This document shows, piece after piece, positions 1 to 12,572 of a DNA stretch of 64,000 bases. Position 1 is the stretch's first letter. Each line of letters begins with the position of its first letter. The translations under genes were made by a program, and so were the position numbers. The DNA is taken from positions 102,486,001 through 102,550,000 of the forward strand of contig JAGIQG010000005.1 of the NCBI GenBank assembly GCA_024679065.1, given 5' to 3'. Source of the stretch: Sphyrna mokarran (taxonomy: Eukaryota). The notes below the pieces were generated by a model that did no database searches, was not told the origin of the DNA, and was given only the letters and a program-made list of their open reading frames with translations.

Positions 1-181
1 TATAAAAGATAATTGACTCAGAAGGCCTTTTCAGAAGGCTGAGGTATGTAATGATGGTTCATTAGCAATTATAATTAATGTTTTCTTTTTCATAGTAGTA
101 AAGCAAGGAACAGAACGCTCATCCCATGTTTTATTTGAGGCAGATCTGGTTTTACATATCGGAACATGTGATTAACTTTTC

Positions 182-360
182 AGACCATAAGAGATGGCTA
201 TTTGACCAAGTGAGTCTGCTTTGCCACTCAATCATGGCTGATAAATTTCTAAACCCCATTTTCCCACTTATTCTACATGATTTTTGATCTCTTTACTAAT
301 CAAGAACCTATTTATGTCTTAAATCCACCCAATGACCTGGCCTCCATTGCCTTCCATGGT
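182..360 (-). mobile_element. Old CR1 LINE 3' tail fragment
   Basis: agaccataaga...ctgctttgccactcaatcatggctgat...aagaacctattt is the reverse complement of a typical shark CR1 3' end. Confidence 0.65.
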
Positions 361-2534
361 TTTATTACATTTCACTCCATGGATTAATTGGCTTTGCTTG
401 GTGGTCTTTCACTGTCAGTAATTTGCCTCACTGTTGTTTTTGCTGCTGGTTTGAATGAAGTACAGTGTCTTCCTTCAGGAGTCATGAGTGGTCTGCATAA
501 TCAAAGCAAAAACAGAATTTCATGAGGTGTAAATGCAGGTGAAACAAAATATGAAGCATTTAAATCACACTTAGTAGATCCCCATGTTTAGACTCACCCT
601 CTGTTCAAACAGTAACATATCAGAGGAGTTTTGTCTTCACTATCTTTTCTTTGTAAGATAAAGTTGCATTATAGACTGCAAGATGAGCTGTAAAAGACAT
701 TTGGAACCAGGATAGTTCTTCCCTTAGAAGTGAAGGTTACTATTAAAAAAAATGCCTCTTTACAGCCAATTGAGGGACTTCAGTCAACAGTGCAGATTAT
801 ATCTAATGGGGAAGAGGTTACACTTTAATGACTTTTGTGAAAAGGAAACAGCTGCTGAAAAATGGGCCGAGATGAATGGGTTCTACCGAGTAGATCGGAA
901 ATGTGAACACTAGGATTCATATCAACTCCAAGTCCTATACGAACATGAAAGAGTTGTAACCAGCTAATGTACAGGTGTTACCTAGGCCCAGAAACATTAT
1001 GATGTGTGCTAATGCCATTATCCAGCAAGCAACCATTGACCATATATTTGAATCTGTAGAAACTTGGTAAGTTATAATCTTTGAAGACTTTTCATTCTGC
1101 TGGCTAAATTCTCAAGTTATGCCTTTCGTGTGCCAGGAGTCTCTTTAAAGCAGAGAAAACGTGTAATTTAGAAAACTTTTACATCCTTTGCTCCCCTAGT
1201 GGCTGATAGGAACACATACATCATGAGCCTGACAAACAATCAGAGATGTTTTCCATAATTAGAGAATCAATAATTTCGGGTAATGTTGGAGGAAAAGAGG
1301 GGAAATCTATAGTATAGTATTGAATTTTATGCAAGAATGTTTAAGGAACTTTGTTATTTCAGTGTCCTGTTCACAACTGAGACTAATTAATAACCAGTTA
1401 ATGGTCATTCATTTTATCGCTGTTTATGATGCATTAATAGCGAAAATGCATTACTGCTGAATTGTCCTTTTAAGGTCGCTTTTATTACCAATGGAGTAAT
1501 AACTTAAAAAGGAATATTCAAATAACCATAACTGCTTACAGATTCAGAAGGTGCAGTTTCAAGAGCCTTTGTTCCACTCAAAAGTTAATAAAGGTGTTTC
1601 CCACTGCAAACGTGGCAGTTGGCATTTGCATACTTGTGCATTGCTGCAGACTGACTGAAAGCCGTGGGTGGTTTGAAAGAAACCTATAGCAGGAAACTTT
1701 CTAGAAGGAGAGCTCCCTTAGTGCATTAGAAAGTATTCAGAGGCTGTCTATCTTATGAAGCACAGGTAACTTTCCTCTACCATGTACAGGTAGATGTTGT
1801 GGAGTTGCAATGAGTTTGGGTGAAACACCTCAAGTTTTCTTGTAAATTTTTCTTCCTTTTCTCAATGTGTCTGGAATGTTGAAAGCAATAGTCATCGTCA
1901 TCTCTTTGCCTGAATCGATTTGCTCTCCTGTAGCAACCAATAATAAAGTAAAATATTAACAGGAGGAAAAGAAAACCTCAAGAATCCAATAATGGAGCTC
2001 GGCCCTACAAAGTCAACAAATGCCGAGAGTACCATACAAAAAGAGAGAACTAAGACTTGTGACAAGTTTTTCTTTCATCTGAATCAAAAATGAAACCTTC
2101 TGATTTTAATGAAACTTACTTGAACTAGCCAGATACTTGTGGCAGAATTTTTCAGTCATGCTCGTTTGAAAACCAGAGATTCCTACCTGATTTTAATAGA
2201 TCTTTACATGGTCCAAACCCCGTCTGCTAGAATTCCACTGGCGCGTAGGATGGGAGAATTCTGGCCTTTTGGAGTTCCATAGGGAATGAAATGGAATGAA
2301 TTAGCACGGGGGATCAATTTATTATTTACAAGCAACCACCTGCCTGTTCCACAACCTCTATAAACTTTTCAAAATGTATGAAAATTGTGTTCACACTGAA
2401 TCAATACATAACATTATGCCTTATCCTTCATGCATAGAAGTTACTGCATGTATCATAATGCTAATTCACATATTCTCTTTAGAGTCAGACTTTAACAGTT
2501 GACATTTTAAAATAATGTGTCACATGTATATAAT

Positions 2535-3620
2535 GTTGATGTGGTATATATGGACTTTAGTAAGGCGTTTGATAAGGTGGCCCATGGAAGACTTCTGCAG
2601 AAAATGCAGATGTATGGGATAGAGGGTGATTTAGCTAATTGGGTTAGGAATTGGCTAGCAGATAGAAGACAGAGGGTGGTGGTTGATGGGAGATATTCAT
2701 CGTGGAGTTCGGTGACAAGTGGTGTACCTCAGGGGTCTGTTTTGGGGCCCCTGCTGTTTGTAATTTTTATAAATGATCTGGATGAGGGTATTGAAGGATG
2801 GATTAGTAAATTTGCAGATGACACTAAAGTCGGTGGAGTGGTAGATAGTGAAGAGGGGTGTTATAGTTTGCAGAGGGACTTGGACAAGTTGCAGAGCTGG
2901 GCCGAGAGGTGGCAAATGGAGTTTAATGTGGAAAAGTGTGAGGTAATGCACTATGGCAGAAATAATAAATGTGTAGAGTATAGGGCAAATGGTAGGATTC
3001 TTAGTAGTCTAGATGAACAGAGGGATCTTGGTGTGTATGTGCATAGATCCCTGAAAGTAGGCAGTCAGGTCGAGAAGGTTGTTAGGAAGGCATATGGAGT
3101 CTTGGCTTTTATTGGTAGAGGGATTGAATTTCGGAGCCGCAACGTCATGTTGCAACTGTACAAAACTCTAGTGCGGCCGCACTTGGAGTATTGTGTGCAG
3201 TTCTGGTCCCCACATTATAAGAAAGATGTGGAGGCATTGGAGAGGGTACAGAGGAGGTTTACCAGGATGTTGCCTGGTATGGAGGGCAGGTCTTATGAGG
3301 AGAGGCTGAGGGATTTGAGGTTGTTTTCGTTAGAAAGGAGGCGGCTAAGAGGGGACCTGATCGAAACATATAAGATGATTAGAGGTTTAGATAGGGTGGA
3401 CAGTGATAGCCTTTTTCCTAGGATGGAAAAAGCTAGCACGAGGGGACACAGCTTTAAATTAAGGGGTGATAGTTATAGGACGGATATCAGAGGCAGGTTC
3501 TTTACCCAAAGGGTGGTTCGGGAGTGGAATGCCCTGCCTGCAGCAGTTGTAGATGCGCCAAGTTTGGTGGCGTTTAAGAGGTTAGTTGATAAGTATATGG
3601 AAGAGAAGGGAATGGTTTAG
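2535..3620 (+). CDS. CR1 ORF2 reverse transcriptase, C-terminal part (no native start)
   Basis: Motifs VDVVYMDFSKAFDKV, GVPQGSVLGPLLF, SKFADDTK, LVRPHLEYCVQFWSP, LERRRLRGDL and TRGHSFKL. Confidence 0.93.
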   Translation, partial: VDVVYMDFSKAFDKVAHGRLLQKMQMYGIEGDLANWVRNWLADRRQRVVVDGRYSSWSSVTSGVPQGSVLGPLLFVIFINDLDEGIEGWISKFADDTKVGGVVDSEEGCYSLQRDLDKLQSWAERWQMEFNVEKCEVMHYGRNNKCVEYRANGRILSSLDEQRDLGVYVHRSLKVGSQVEKVVRKAYGVLAFIGRGIEFRSRNVMLQLYKTLVRPHLEYCVQFWSPHYKKDVEALERVQRRFTRMLPGMEGRSYEERLRDLRLFSLERRRLRGDLIETYKMIRGLDRVDSDSLFPRMEKASTRGHSFKLRGDSYRTDIRGRFFTQRVVREWNALPAAVVDAPSLVAFKRLVDKYMEEKGMV

Positions 3621-3712
3621 TTTGGAGGGGCATTTCTTTTTATATTGGTCGGCGCAACATCGAAGGCCTAAGGGCCTGTTCTGTGCTGTAATGTTCTATG
3701 TTCTATGTTCTA
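2535..3712 (+). mobile_element. Young 5'-truncated CR1 LINE
   Basis: Uninterrupted RT C-terminal ORF, 3' UTR hairpin region (gaaggcctaagggcctgttctgtgctgt) and TTCTATG repeat tail. CpGs are retained. Confidence 0.97.
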
Positions 3713-6700
3713 ATAAGCCACAAGGACAGAAAGTATCTCTTCTTGACAGCTTGAAGTTTAAATATTAGAAATGATGGCACAGAACAAAAAACTGCAGAAA
3801 GAAATATTTTAAAGTGAGACTGTACAATTTTTTCTCACTAACCATGCCAATAAATGTTTGTCTTAACAGTTGTTTTATGCAATGGCAGTTATATTACATA
3901 TTAATGTACCATTTTGCAATAAATACAATTTAATATACCATGATTATTTGTGCTCCATGCTAATATTTATACCATAAAGTAAATAATATTGTCTGTAACA
4001 ATGAAAGACTGGGGGTTTTCAGCATTGTTTAAGCAAAAAAAAGCTTTTTAAAACCCATGACATTAATTAACCTCAAAAAATTATTTCTGCATTTTCCATC
4101 ATGTTGCATTCCATTCTCCCCTCTTTCCTGTGGGGTTGTGTTTGCAGAAAGAATTGGAATTCCTTTCTATACTGGAATACATTTCTAATACTCTTTACAG
4201 CAAGTTCTTTAATGTGTGTTGTTTTCTGTTGTGTTAAATCTGCCCTTTTTATGTTTTAGAGTCAGTTTGGCAGCAGTAAGAAACTGATGATAGGAAAAGC
4301 CCACGAAAACCAATGCCAGCAAAATCCAGTAGCCGAAACTGACAACACAACCACACACTTTGGAGGCATAGGTCATTCATGTTTGTTACAAAAGCCATAG
4401 GTGCTGGTAAAAAAAAATTATATTGCAGAGTTTCTTAAGATGATGCTTTTAGTGTCTGCCAAAACCTAGACAAATACATGTGCAGTTTTCATCTTCACCT
4501 CCTGAAGTTGCTGATGTTTGATCAGAATATTTACTGAGTGCAGCCAGCTCTCATTATCTTTTCCAGTTGCTCTTGTTCATATTGTCATCCACTGTGAGGC
4601 CACTTTTCAAACTTAAGCTGCTATCCTGGCTGTGATCCCCTAACTCAGCATAGTTTGAGGTTCAAACCTGTGATCCTCCTGGTCCGTATAGCTTAGAACC
4701 ATACCACACAATATATTTACCAATTAAATCACTGGGAAGATACCTGCCAGTGAAATTATGTCAGTGGACTAATTTCAAATGAGAAAGAATTTGAATGAAT
4801 CCATGACTCTGCTCTCCCAGAGCCAAAGCTATTCTTGCAAGAAGCACACGTGTGGGACTGGGCTGCAATTCTAATTCTCTGACTCAGACTCTCTATGAAC
4901 ACAGCTGCCTACTGGAAGCATGGAGCTGCTAAATTTACTTTACTTAAGTAAGTTTCAAAGAGCATTACACTGCCTATGCAGAAACCCCCCCTGAAGAAAA
5001 TATATTTCACTTATCAAGTATTATCCCATAACTCATGTCTTTCTTATTGTACCTTGAATATGAAATAGGGCCAATAAATTCTAAGAATTTGCTCCCTGGA
5101 TGTGAGTGTCTCTGGGAAGCTGAAGTGCATAGTATCCAGCCAGAGAATCACATTCCAGGAGTGTCTATTTGGATACAAGGCGGAGAGGGCTATGTGCTTG
5201 TCACACAGTCCTCTGGAATTTGCATTTTGTATTAAAATAAATTGACAGTACACTTCTGCAGAGAATTGCCTAAAGAGTTTCTTTGGTCTCTCTGTAGGCA
5301 AAGGTGGCTCTTAAGCAATGAGGTCCTCACAGTTACAAGGTAGCAATCCTTATACGCACTATCTCGCTTGAGTTGTCTGGACTTGTGTGCTAGAATGTAT
5401 GGAATTTTCAACAAGGACTATCAAGATACATGATGCATTTTGAGCAGGTGCTTGCACACAGCTTTGGATGATGATGTGACTGGGTTGCAAGAGTAACCGG
5501 CTGAACCGTAGTCTTCCATTAAGCAGGTAGCAACACAAAAGCATTAGCAATCTCAGTCAAAATAATTGGACAAAATAACAAGCATTTCTAATCAATTGAT
5601 TCACTGCTGGCAAAAATGTTTTAGGTCAGTGATCAGGTAATATTCTGATCACTGAGTACAAGGGTTCAAATTCCAGCAGCAAAGCAGAGAGTCTCATAAA
5701 AACTATTACAAAATGTAATACAATACATGATAATGCCTCCAAGATATTTATAACTGTACTCAATTTTAAGAAGATTGCCAGAACCAAGAGACATCACAAA
5801 GGTATATAAGATGCTGAATGAAATAAAAAAACACTCACTCAGAAAATTATTTCAACGGATGGAGTTGTGAACATGTTATTTATCTCAGTGACAGTACATT
5901 TCACCTCTCAGTAGCCTGAATGTTCATCCTCAAGGCAGGTAGCAGGAATTGGGGAAATTTTCAGGAAAATTTCTACCTCAGGAAAGATGTCTACAAGGGC
6001 AGGTTGTTCATTGCCGGCGGATGGATGTGGGTGTGGGTTGGACCAAGGAAGCAGTTTGGACAGAGCCACACATGGGCTGCTGGAGGCCAAGCGGGCAATA
6101 TTAAAGGCCTGCCTCAATGCACAAAGGACTCCCAGCCGTTACCTTTTAGCTTTTTCCCCCCGTAAACTTCTAAGACCAATCCATATCATCCTATGTCTCC
6201 ACTCACTCCTTTGGCCCTTCATGTTCTCTATGCTAAGCCATGCCCTTCCACCCACTCCTCTTGGCCTCTCATATTCTCAGTGTTAAGCTATAGCACTTCC
6301 ATGCCCAATGACCCAATATACAGCATATAATGATTGTCTCAACTCTCAACCAAACATTCATAATGATGCTTGGCTGAGATCCCAGGCATCCATTTCATTT
6401 GTTGAAGCCATTGAACCCTAGAGAAAGCATTGTTTCATTGAGAGTACAGTTTCTCAACTGTCAACTTTACAACATTTATTTACGCAGGTTTAAGTTGTTT
6501 CAAAGGTTTTTTCTGTTAGGATGATTAGTACTTTTATTGCTTCCTAAGTGAAAATATGTCTATTTGATAAAGTAAGAAGTTATGAATGAATTACATTTCA
6601 AAGTTTTCTTTTGCACATCCATCTGTCACAATAAGGGCCATTGGTTTTATTCAAAAGGCATAGGAATTCCATAGCCTCATTGGGAGTATGAGGAATCATG

Positions 6701-7095
6701 GGCATGAATGGAGGGGGTGGGGGGAGGTGTAGTTTGCATGGGGGGAGTGAAACATGAAGATGACATTTTGAACATACCTTTTAAAAGGTACCCTCATATA
6801 GACTGGGGTTCACAACTCCACTGAGGAACCTTGAACTACAACCTGGTCTGACTCCATGATAAATACCAAGCAATAAGACATGCCTATTTTCACAAATGGA
6901 ACCATATCAAGAGAGTATGGACCCATGACACTCCTGAAAATCTGACAGCCCAGTAGTAGAGTTGGGAATTCTGGAATTGGGACCCACTTACCATTTCTGA
7001 AGGGCCCCACAAATCATCTCGACATGGTGAAAATTTATGTTAATATGAAGGTTTAGTTCCAAGATTTGAACACATGATTGTGGTCGACACTTTAA

Positions 7096-7406
7096 AATCA
7101 TTGAATCCCTATAGCGCAGAAAGAGGTCATTCACCTGTCAAACCTGCACCGACAACAATCCCACCGAGACCCTTCCCCATAATCCCAGGTATTTATTCTG
7201 CAAATCCCCCTGACACACAGTAAGGGACAATTGGTCATAAACAGTCAACCTGTGCATATCTTTGGACTGTGGGGATCATCATGGAGGAAACCCATGTAGA
7301 CACAGGGAAAACATACAAACTCCATATCGTCACTTGAGGCCAGAATTAAACCAGGGTCCCTGGCACTGTGAAGCAGCAGTGCTATTTACTGTGCACCGTG
7401 CTGCCC
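7096..7406 (-). mobile_element. tRNA-derived V-SINE (HE1-like), inserted into an older SINE
   Basis: The reverse complement reads gggcagcacggtgcacagt...agcactgctgcttcacagtgccagggaccctgg, then a V-domain and a CR1-type tail. Near-TSD acacttta (7087-7094) / atacttta (7407-7414). Confidence 0.85.
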
Positions 7407-7414
7407 ATACTTTA

Positions 7415-7690
7415 CTGCAGGATAGATGAAATAATGCACTGTTAAGCCAAGAATCTATCAACACGTTCAGATCCAATTCTTCTACTCTTCTCCCAATATC
7501 CTATTGAATGTTCACTCCTCAGCCAACAAAAACCAAATCCAATCATCAGATATCTCATTTCCTGTTTGTTGGAGTTTGCTATCTGCCAATTGGATAATAT
7601 CTAAATAATAACACTAACCACACTTTGATAAAAATAAATGGTTGTGAAATGCTTTGGTTTATCCTAAGGATGTGAAAAGTGGTATTGATT
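7415..7690 (+). mobile_element. Ancient Deu-domain SINE relic (AmnSINE/SacSINE-like); head at about 7040-7095
   Basis: cctgtttgttggagtttgctatctgccaattgg...ggttgtgaaatgctttgg...tgtgaaaagtggtat resembles the Deu domain plus tail. Confidence 0.55.
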
Positions 7691-9361
7691 GCTTTTCAGT
7701 GATAATGTAAGGAAACATGTTTTAATGTAAAGAATGATTAATAACTCGAACAGACATTGGATATGTTGTAATGGAAAAACCATACATTTTTATGGAAGGG
7801 ATGTTATTAGATGAGTTGAAAGATTTTCCTCCTCTATCAGCTGTGTAAGTATGTGCCTTGTTAGGGGACAGCATGAGATAATAATCTCTGCCAGAGGCAT
7901 ATAATGAAAGTGCAATAACATCAAGCTGGAGTTCATATTAGTTTCAGTCAAGTTCTGTAGGACTTAACAGAAGTAACTTCAGGTTCTGCCACTGACTGCA
8001 ATGATCCCAATGCCTTTAGGAAGCACTTGGAATGGATGCAGGTACATCATCATTAGCTACAAATATAAGTAATATCCCACGCAGTTAGCAACCCAGTTTT
8101 ATTCTTTAGGGTGAAGGACAACTAATACAATATACAAGGCACACAGACACAATCATGGCTCATGTCTTTTTTTGAAGGTGTATTCTATGCATCAAAATAA
8201 ATTCACTTTTAATTTATGTCACTGTCCATCAAGCAGTTATTCTGCAGAGGAGACAGTGCCCATTTTGGAAAAGTAAAGCTAACAGGCCAAAGCCTGATCT
8301 TAGAAAAACGTATCAGGTAAGAAATTTGCAGAATCAATAGGAAGTAATCGTGGCCAATTGCAGAGCTCACTAGAAGAACTGAACACTGAGGCCCTTCATT
8401 ATGACTGACAAATCAATTGTGCCTTGGCCAAGTCCAAGATAAGGCATCTGTCCTTGGCAATATTGATATAATTTAACACCAGATTGTAAGGCTTTCCAAC
8501 TATTATAGAAACCTAAAGCATTGCTTTAGTCTGGTCAGTGACAGTATAGTTTAATGGTTCTCTGCTGGCCAATAGGGATTGTGCAGAACTGTCATCAGGC
8601 ATAAGTGCAGCAGAGTATTTCTCAGAACCCATTGCAAAGTATCTTGATAATTAAATGTTTCATGAATTATTCTACTATCACAGTACATAGTTTAAAGAAT
8701 GTCATCATTATCTAAAGTAGCAGATTTTGTGAAATTTTCCCATTTGATTCTGCATTCTCTGCTGCTGAAGGTGTAGTCTAATTATTTATAAAGGCATTCT
8801 AATAACATCAGATAATTGAGATACTAAAGGTATCAAAAGAAACTGTGAACAAGACGAAGGAGCTTTTGTGCAATTGGAAATGGATGTTGGCAGCTAAGTA
8901 GAAAGTGTAAATTTTATGTGAGGTTATCATCATTGCAATAATGTAAAATAAAATTTGAATGATTAAGTAAGAAAAATAATGGAGTCTTTGAATCTCAATG
9001 CTATGAACATTAGATGAAAAAGTATGAGCAATGACAACAATTTCTAGCTGCTGTAAAGAAACAGAAATGATTATGAAAATGACATTCATTGAATGTATTA
9101 TTCTGGACTCACAAACAAATTTGTTGCTGTTCTTTCTGCTGAGATAAATTAATGGATCAAGATCATGAGGCCCATGCAGAAAAATCTGGCAAAGTGATAT
9201 GATGGAATGGACAGGCGTAACATCAAATTCTGATGCAGTTCACTGCATATAGATCAAAAGTATGAAATGCATTGGCTGCCAACTTCCAAAGTGGAGAAAA
9301 TACAAAGATACAGGGAGAAGGTGAGAGAAAAAGAGCACTACTATTACAATGTTTAGGAGAT

Positions 9362-10340
9362 TTCATCAGGAGTTCCTCAGGATTGCATCCTTAATCCAGC
9401 CATCTTCAGTTGCTTCATTAATGACCTTCCATCCATCATAAGGTCAGAAGTGGGGATGTTCACTGATGTACAATGTTCAGTATCATCTATGACTCTTCAG
9501 ACACTGAAGCAGGCCATGCACAAATGCAGCAAGATCTGAACAATAGCTAAGCTTGGGACTGACAATGCTAAGGAACATTCACACCACTCAAGTAGGCAAT
9601 GACCAGGCAATGACCATTTCAAACAAGAGAAAATCTAACTACTACCCCTTGCTATCCAATGGGCATTACATAGTTGAATCTCCTGCTATCAACATCCTTG
9701 GGGTTATCATTGATCAGAAACTGAACTGGTCCAGCCATATAGATACTGTGGTTACAAGAGAGGTCAGAGGTTTCAAGAGACCTCAGGGAGAGTAACGCAT
9801 CTCTTGATTCCGCAAACTCTGTCTATAAGGCACAAGCCATGAGTGTGATTGTAGACTCTGTATTTGCCTGGATAAGTGCAGCTCCGACAACACTCATTAA
9901 GTTCAACCATTCAGAACAAAGCAGCCATTGATTGGCATCCCTTCCACAAACATTCATTCTGTCCACCACCAGTGCACAGTGGCAGCAGTATGTACCAGCT
10001 ACAATACACATTGCAAGAACTCACCAAGGCTCCTTAAGTAGCACACTCCAAACCCATGTCTGCTATCATTGATAAGGACAAAGGCAGATGACACATGGGG
10101 ATGCCATCACCTAGATATCCCTCTTCAGGTCACTCACCAGCCTGACTTGTAAATATATAGCAGTTCCTTTGCAGTCATTGTCAAAATCTGAAACACTCTA
10201 TCAGTACTGAGGGGGTACTCAAACCAAATGGATTGCAGTGTTTAAGAAGACAGCTCACTATTGCTTTCTCAAGGGCAATTAGGAATGGGTAATAAATGCT
10301 GGCCAGTCAGTAACACCCATTTGCATGAATGTATTTTTAA
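9362..10340 (+). mobile_element. Decayed CR1/L2-group LINE, RT to 3' tail
   Basis: Translates as GVPQD..L.PAIFSCFINDLPSIIRSEVGMFTD and ...SPAINILGVIIDQKLNWSSHI. Tail gggcaattaggaatgggtaataaatgctggcc. Confidence 0.85.
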
Positions 10341-11639
10341 AGGATTGTTATATGTTGGGACTGTAGCTTTAAACTTAAGGTAAATGAAGGGGGTCATTCG
10401 ACCTATTCTGCAGTCAGCCTGATGGGTGGTTTAAGTGTTAGAGATCAAAGGAAGGCTTAGTCTGTTTTACTGAGAAGGTGATGCAAGATAGTTATGCTTG
10501 AAAATAATGGCATCAATGTCTGAGTTTATAACGCATAGACCCTGAGTGTTCATAAGTCCCAGAAGATGTTGTTGTTAATGGTTGTAAACATTTGTGCAGT
10601 AAGTTGTCCCTTTACCGCTAACATGAAAGGTGGTTGGTGTTAAGAATAGTTAATCAGCATTTTTGCCATAGAGAAGAGGGCAGAATAGGCTTTTTTTGTG
10701 ATTGGGTGACAGCTCTCCCCCCTGAATCAATGCATGTCATAAAAAGCAATTTGACAAGGTCATCAGAAAGAAGCAACAACTTGGTTTTGTCAACTATCAC
10801 ACCAGATATGGGAGAGAGACAGTATCCAGTCGAAGAGATACATTCTGCAGCCTTCTATACATTCCGTAAGATTTGCCCTGGCGTGACCACTAGGAAGATG
10901 AATCATTGCATTTATTCTGAGATATTGACTTAAGAACCATTTGAAAAGCTGAAGAAAGTCCATTTAGATGGTCACTCGTAGTTTTTACTTAGCCAAGTGG
11001 GGATATTGGAAGCTCTGAGCAACTATGGACGTTTTGCTACAGGACTGTAATTCAATATGTGATAAGGATAAAAAGAGAATGTTCATCTCTGTAGTTACAA
11101 CTATATGTTGTTTACAAAAAGAAAATAATGGTTAGTCAATACTGTTTTTATTCATCTGTGGCAGTAAATGTTTTCAAAACTGAAATCTTGACATTTCTTT
11201 CTTTCAGCTATTAATGGGAAGTTCAAATTGATTTTTAAAGAAGTTAGCAGTCTCCATGGGAATCATAACAAGAGACAGATGACGAATTCTTAACAAAGAA
11301 GAAATTTGTCCCTCATGGCCATTGAGCAGTGCAATATCCAGTGAGTATGTCTAGGCTACAAGTTTGTATCTATCAAGTTCAACTTCTTGCGAATTATGAA
11401 GCATGATTGAAGCAGCTTCAGGCCCATCTAAATGCTAAGATGTTTACATATAATTTGAATATAATCCTTGTTGTCTTCCTAATGGTTTAATTAACGTATA
11501 ATTCACAAGATCGGGTTCAAAAATCATGACACATAATATCACTTGAATGAATGTGCAATAATTCAATGTTGTCACATGGTGTTAAGTAATAAAGCTTTTC
11601 TGCCATGGAACATTTTCATCACCTATCAATGAAAGCAAG

Positions 11640-11748
11640 TGCTGAGTGATCTTGCAAATGTCCGTTTCCTTTCCTTACACAGTCCTAGAGCAGGACCTAA
11701 ACCTGCAGCTTCAGGTTCAGAGAGTGTGGTACTGTCCACTGTATCATA
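11640..11748 (-). mobile_element. Old tRNA-SINE head fragment
   Basis: The reverse complement has A-box/B-box-like cagtggacagtacc...ggtttaggtcctgctc. Confidence 0.4.
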
Positions 11749-12449
11749 AGATCTTCCTGTTTTGCATATCATTAAGTCGCATATGCGCTCCAATGCAGTG
11801 TGCTACTAGGTTAGAAGGACAGAGGCCCAGAATTTGCAATGTGAATAATGATGAGGCTATCAGCACATGTACATGTTGCTCCTGGAAATCCAGAGAGTTG
11901 TAAATTTCTACGACTATTTGTATTGATAAAATATTTCCTGGAGCTATGTTTGTTGCCAATGCCGTGCAGGCACATTTCAAATGTGTTCCTCCACAATGTC
12001 ACTGCAAGTGACAGAGTAGCCAGCGGCTAGGACAAAAAATGGTGCTAATCAAATCATCACAGCTCTGTTTTGGGCAACTGCACCCTTTTATCCATTTTTA
12101 ATAGTTCCATAAAGTTAACACAAAACCTATACCTAAAACAATAGCTAAATTTAACTCTACAAATACGGAGTTTACCTGTTATTTAAAATTGTGGCTTCAC
12201 AGTTTTAATTTAGTGTAGGACAGAAATGGATTATATAGACTATTTGAAGAAGAGTTCTCAATTGTAACCCATTACATTAAATATGTTACTTTTCCTGCAT
12301 ATGTTTCTCTTCTACTTATAAAATGCATATGCAGAATTATAGAATAACAGTTTCACCGTGACTCTGAGGACTGCACAATGTGAGGGTGTACTAATGTCAC
12401 TGTGCTGGTAGGCTAGAGCTGGGCGCAGCAAAATGAATTTTAATAATAA

Positions 12450-12572
12450 AGGCAAAATCCCATGATTGTTAAAAATCTGAAATAAAAACAGAAAAGGCTG
12501 GACAAACTCAACCACTCTGGCAGCCTCCATAGAGAGAGGAAAATGGAAATAACATTTCAAGTCCATGTGAAG
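12450..12572. mobile_element. Penelope-derived repeat fragment (family B)
   Basis: aatctgaaataaaaacagaaaaggctggacaaactcaaccactctggcagcctccatagagagag, homologous to 28740, 32758 and 55739. Confidence 0.6.

Noticed and set aside
1955-2003. Minus-strand AELHYWILEVFFSSC* after an AG, faintly like the ERICH1 terminal YWIT.ILP motif
   Set aside because: Only YWI matches, the preceding residues and splice phase do not fit, and no intervening exon was found.
4209-4376. 55-aa minus-strand ORF with a hydrophobic stretch (GYWILLALVFVGF)
   Set aside because: No recognisable homology or promoter context. Such ORFs arise by chance in T-rich strands.
11240-11270. FKEVSSL resembling TDRP WKEVTSL
   Set aside because: In-frame stop shortly after and flanks do not match. 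No TDRP or FBXO25 exon was recognised in the window.
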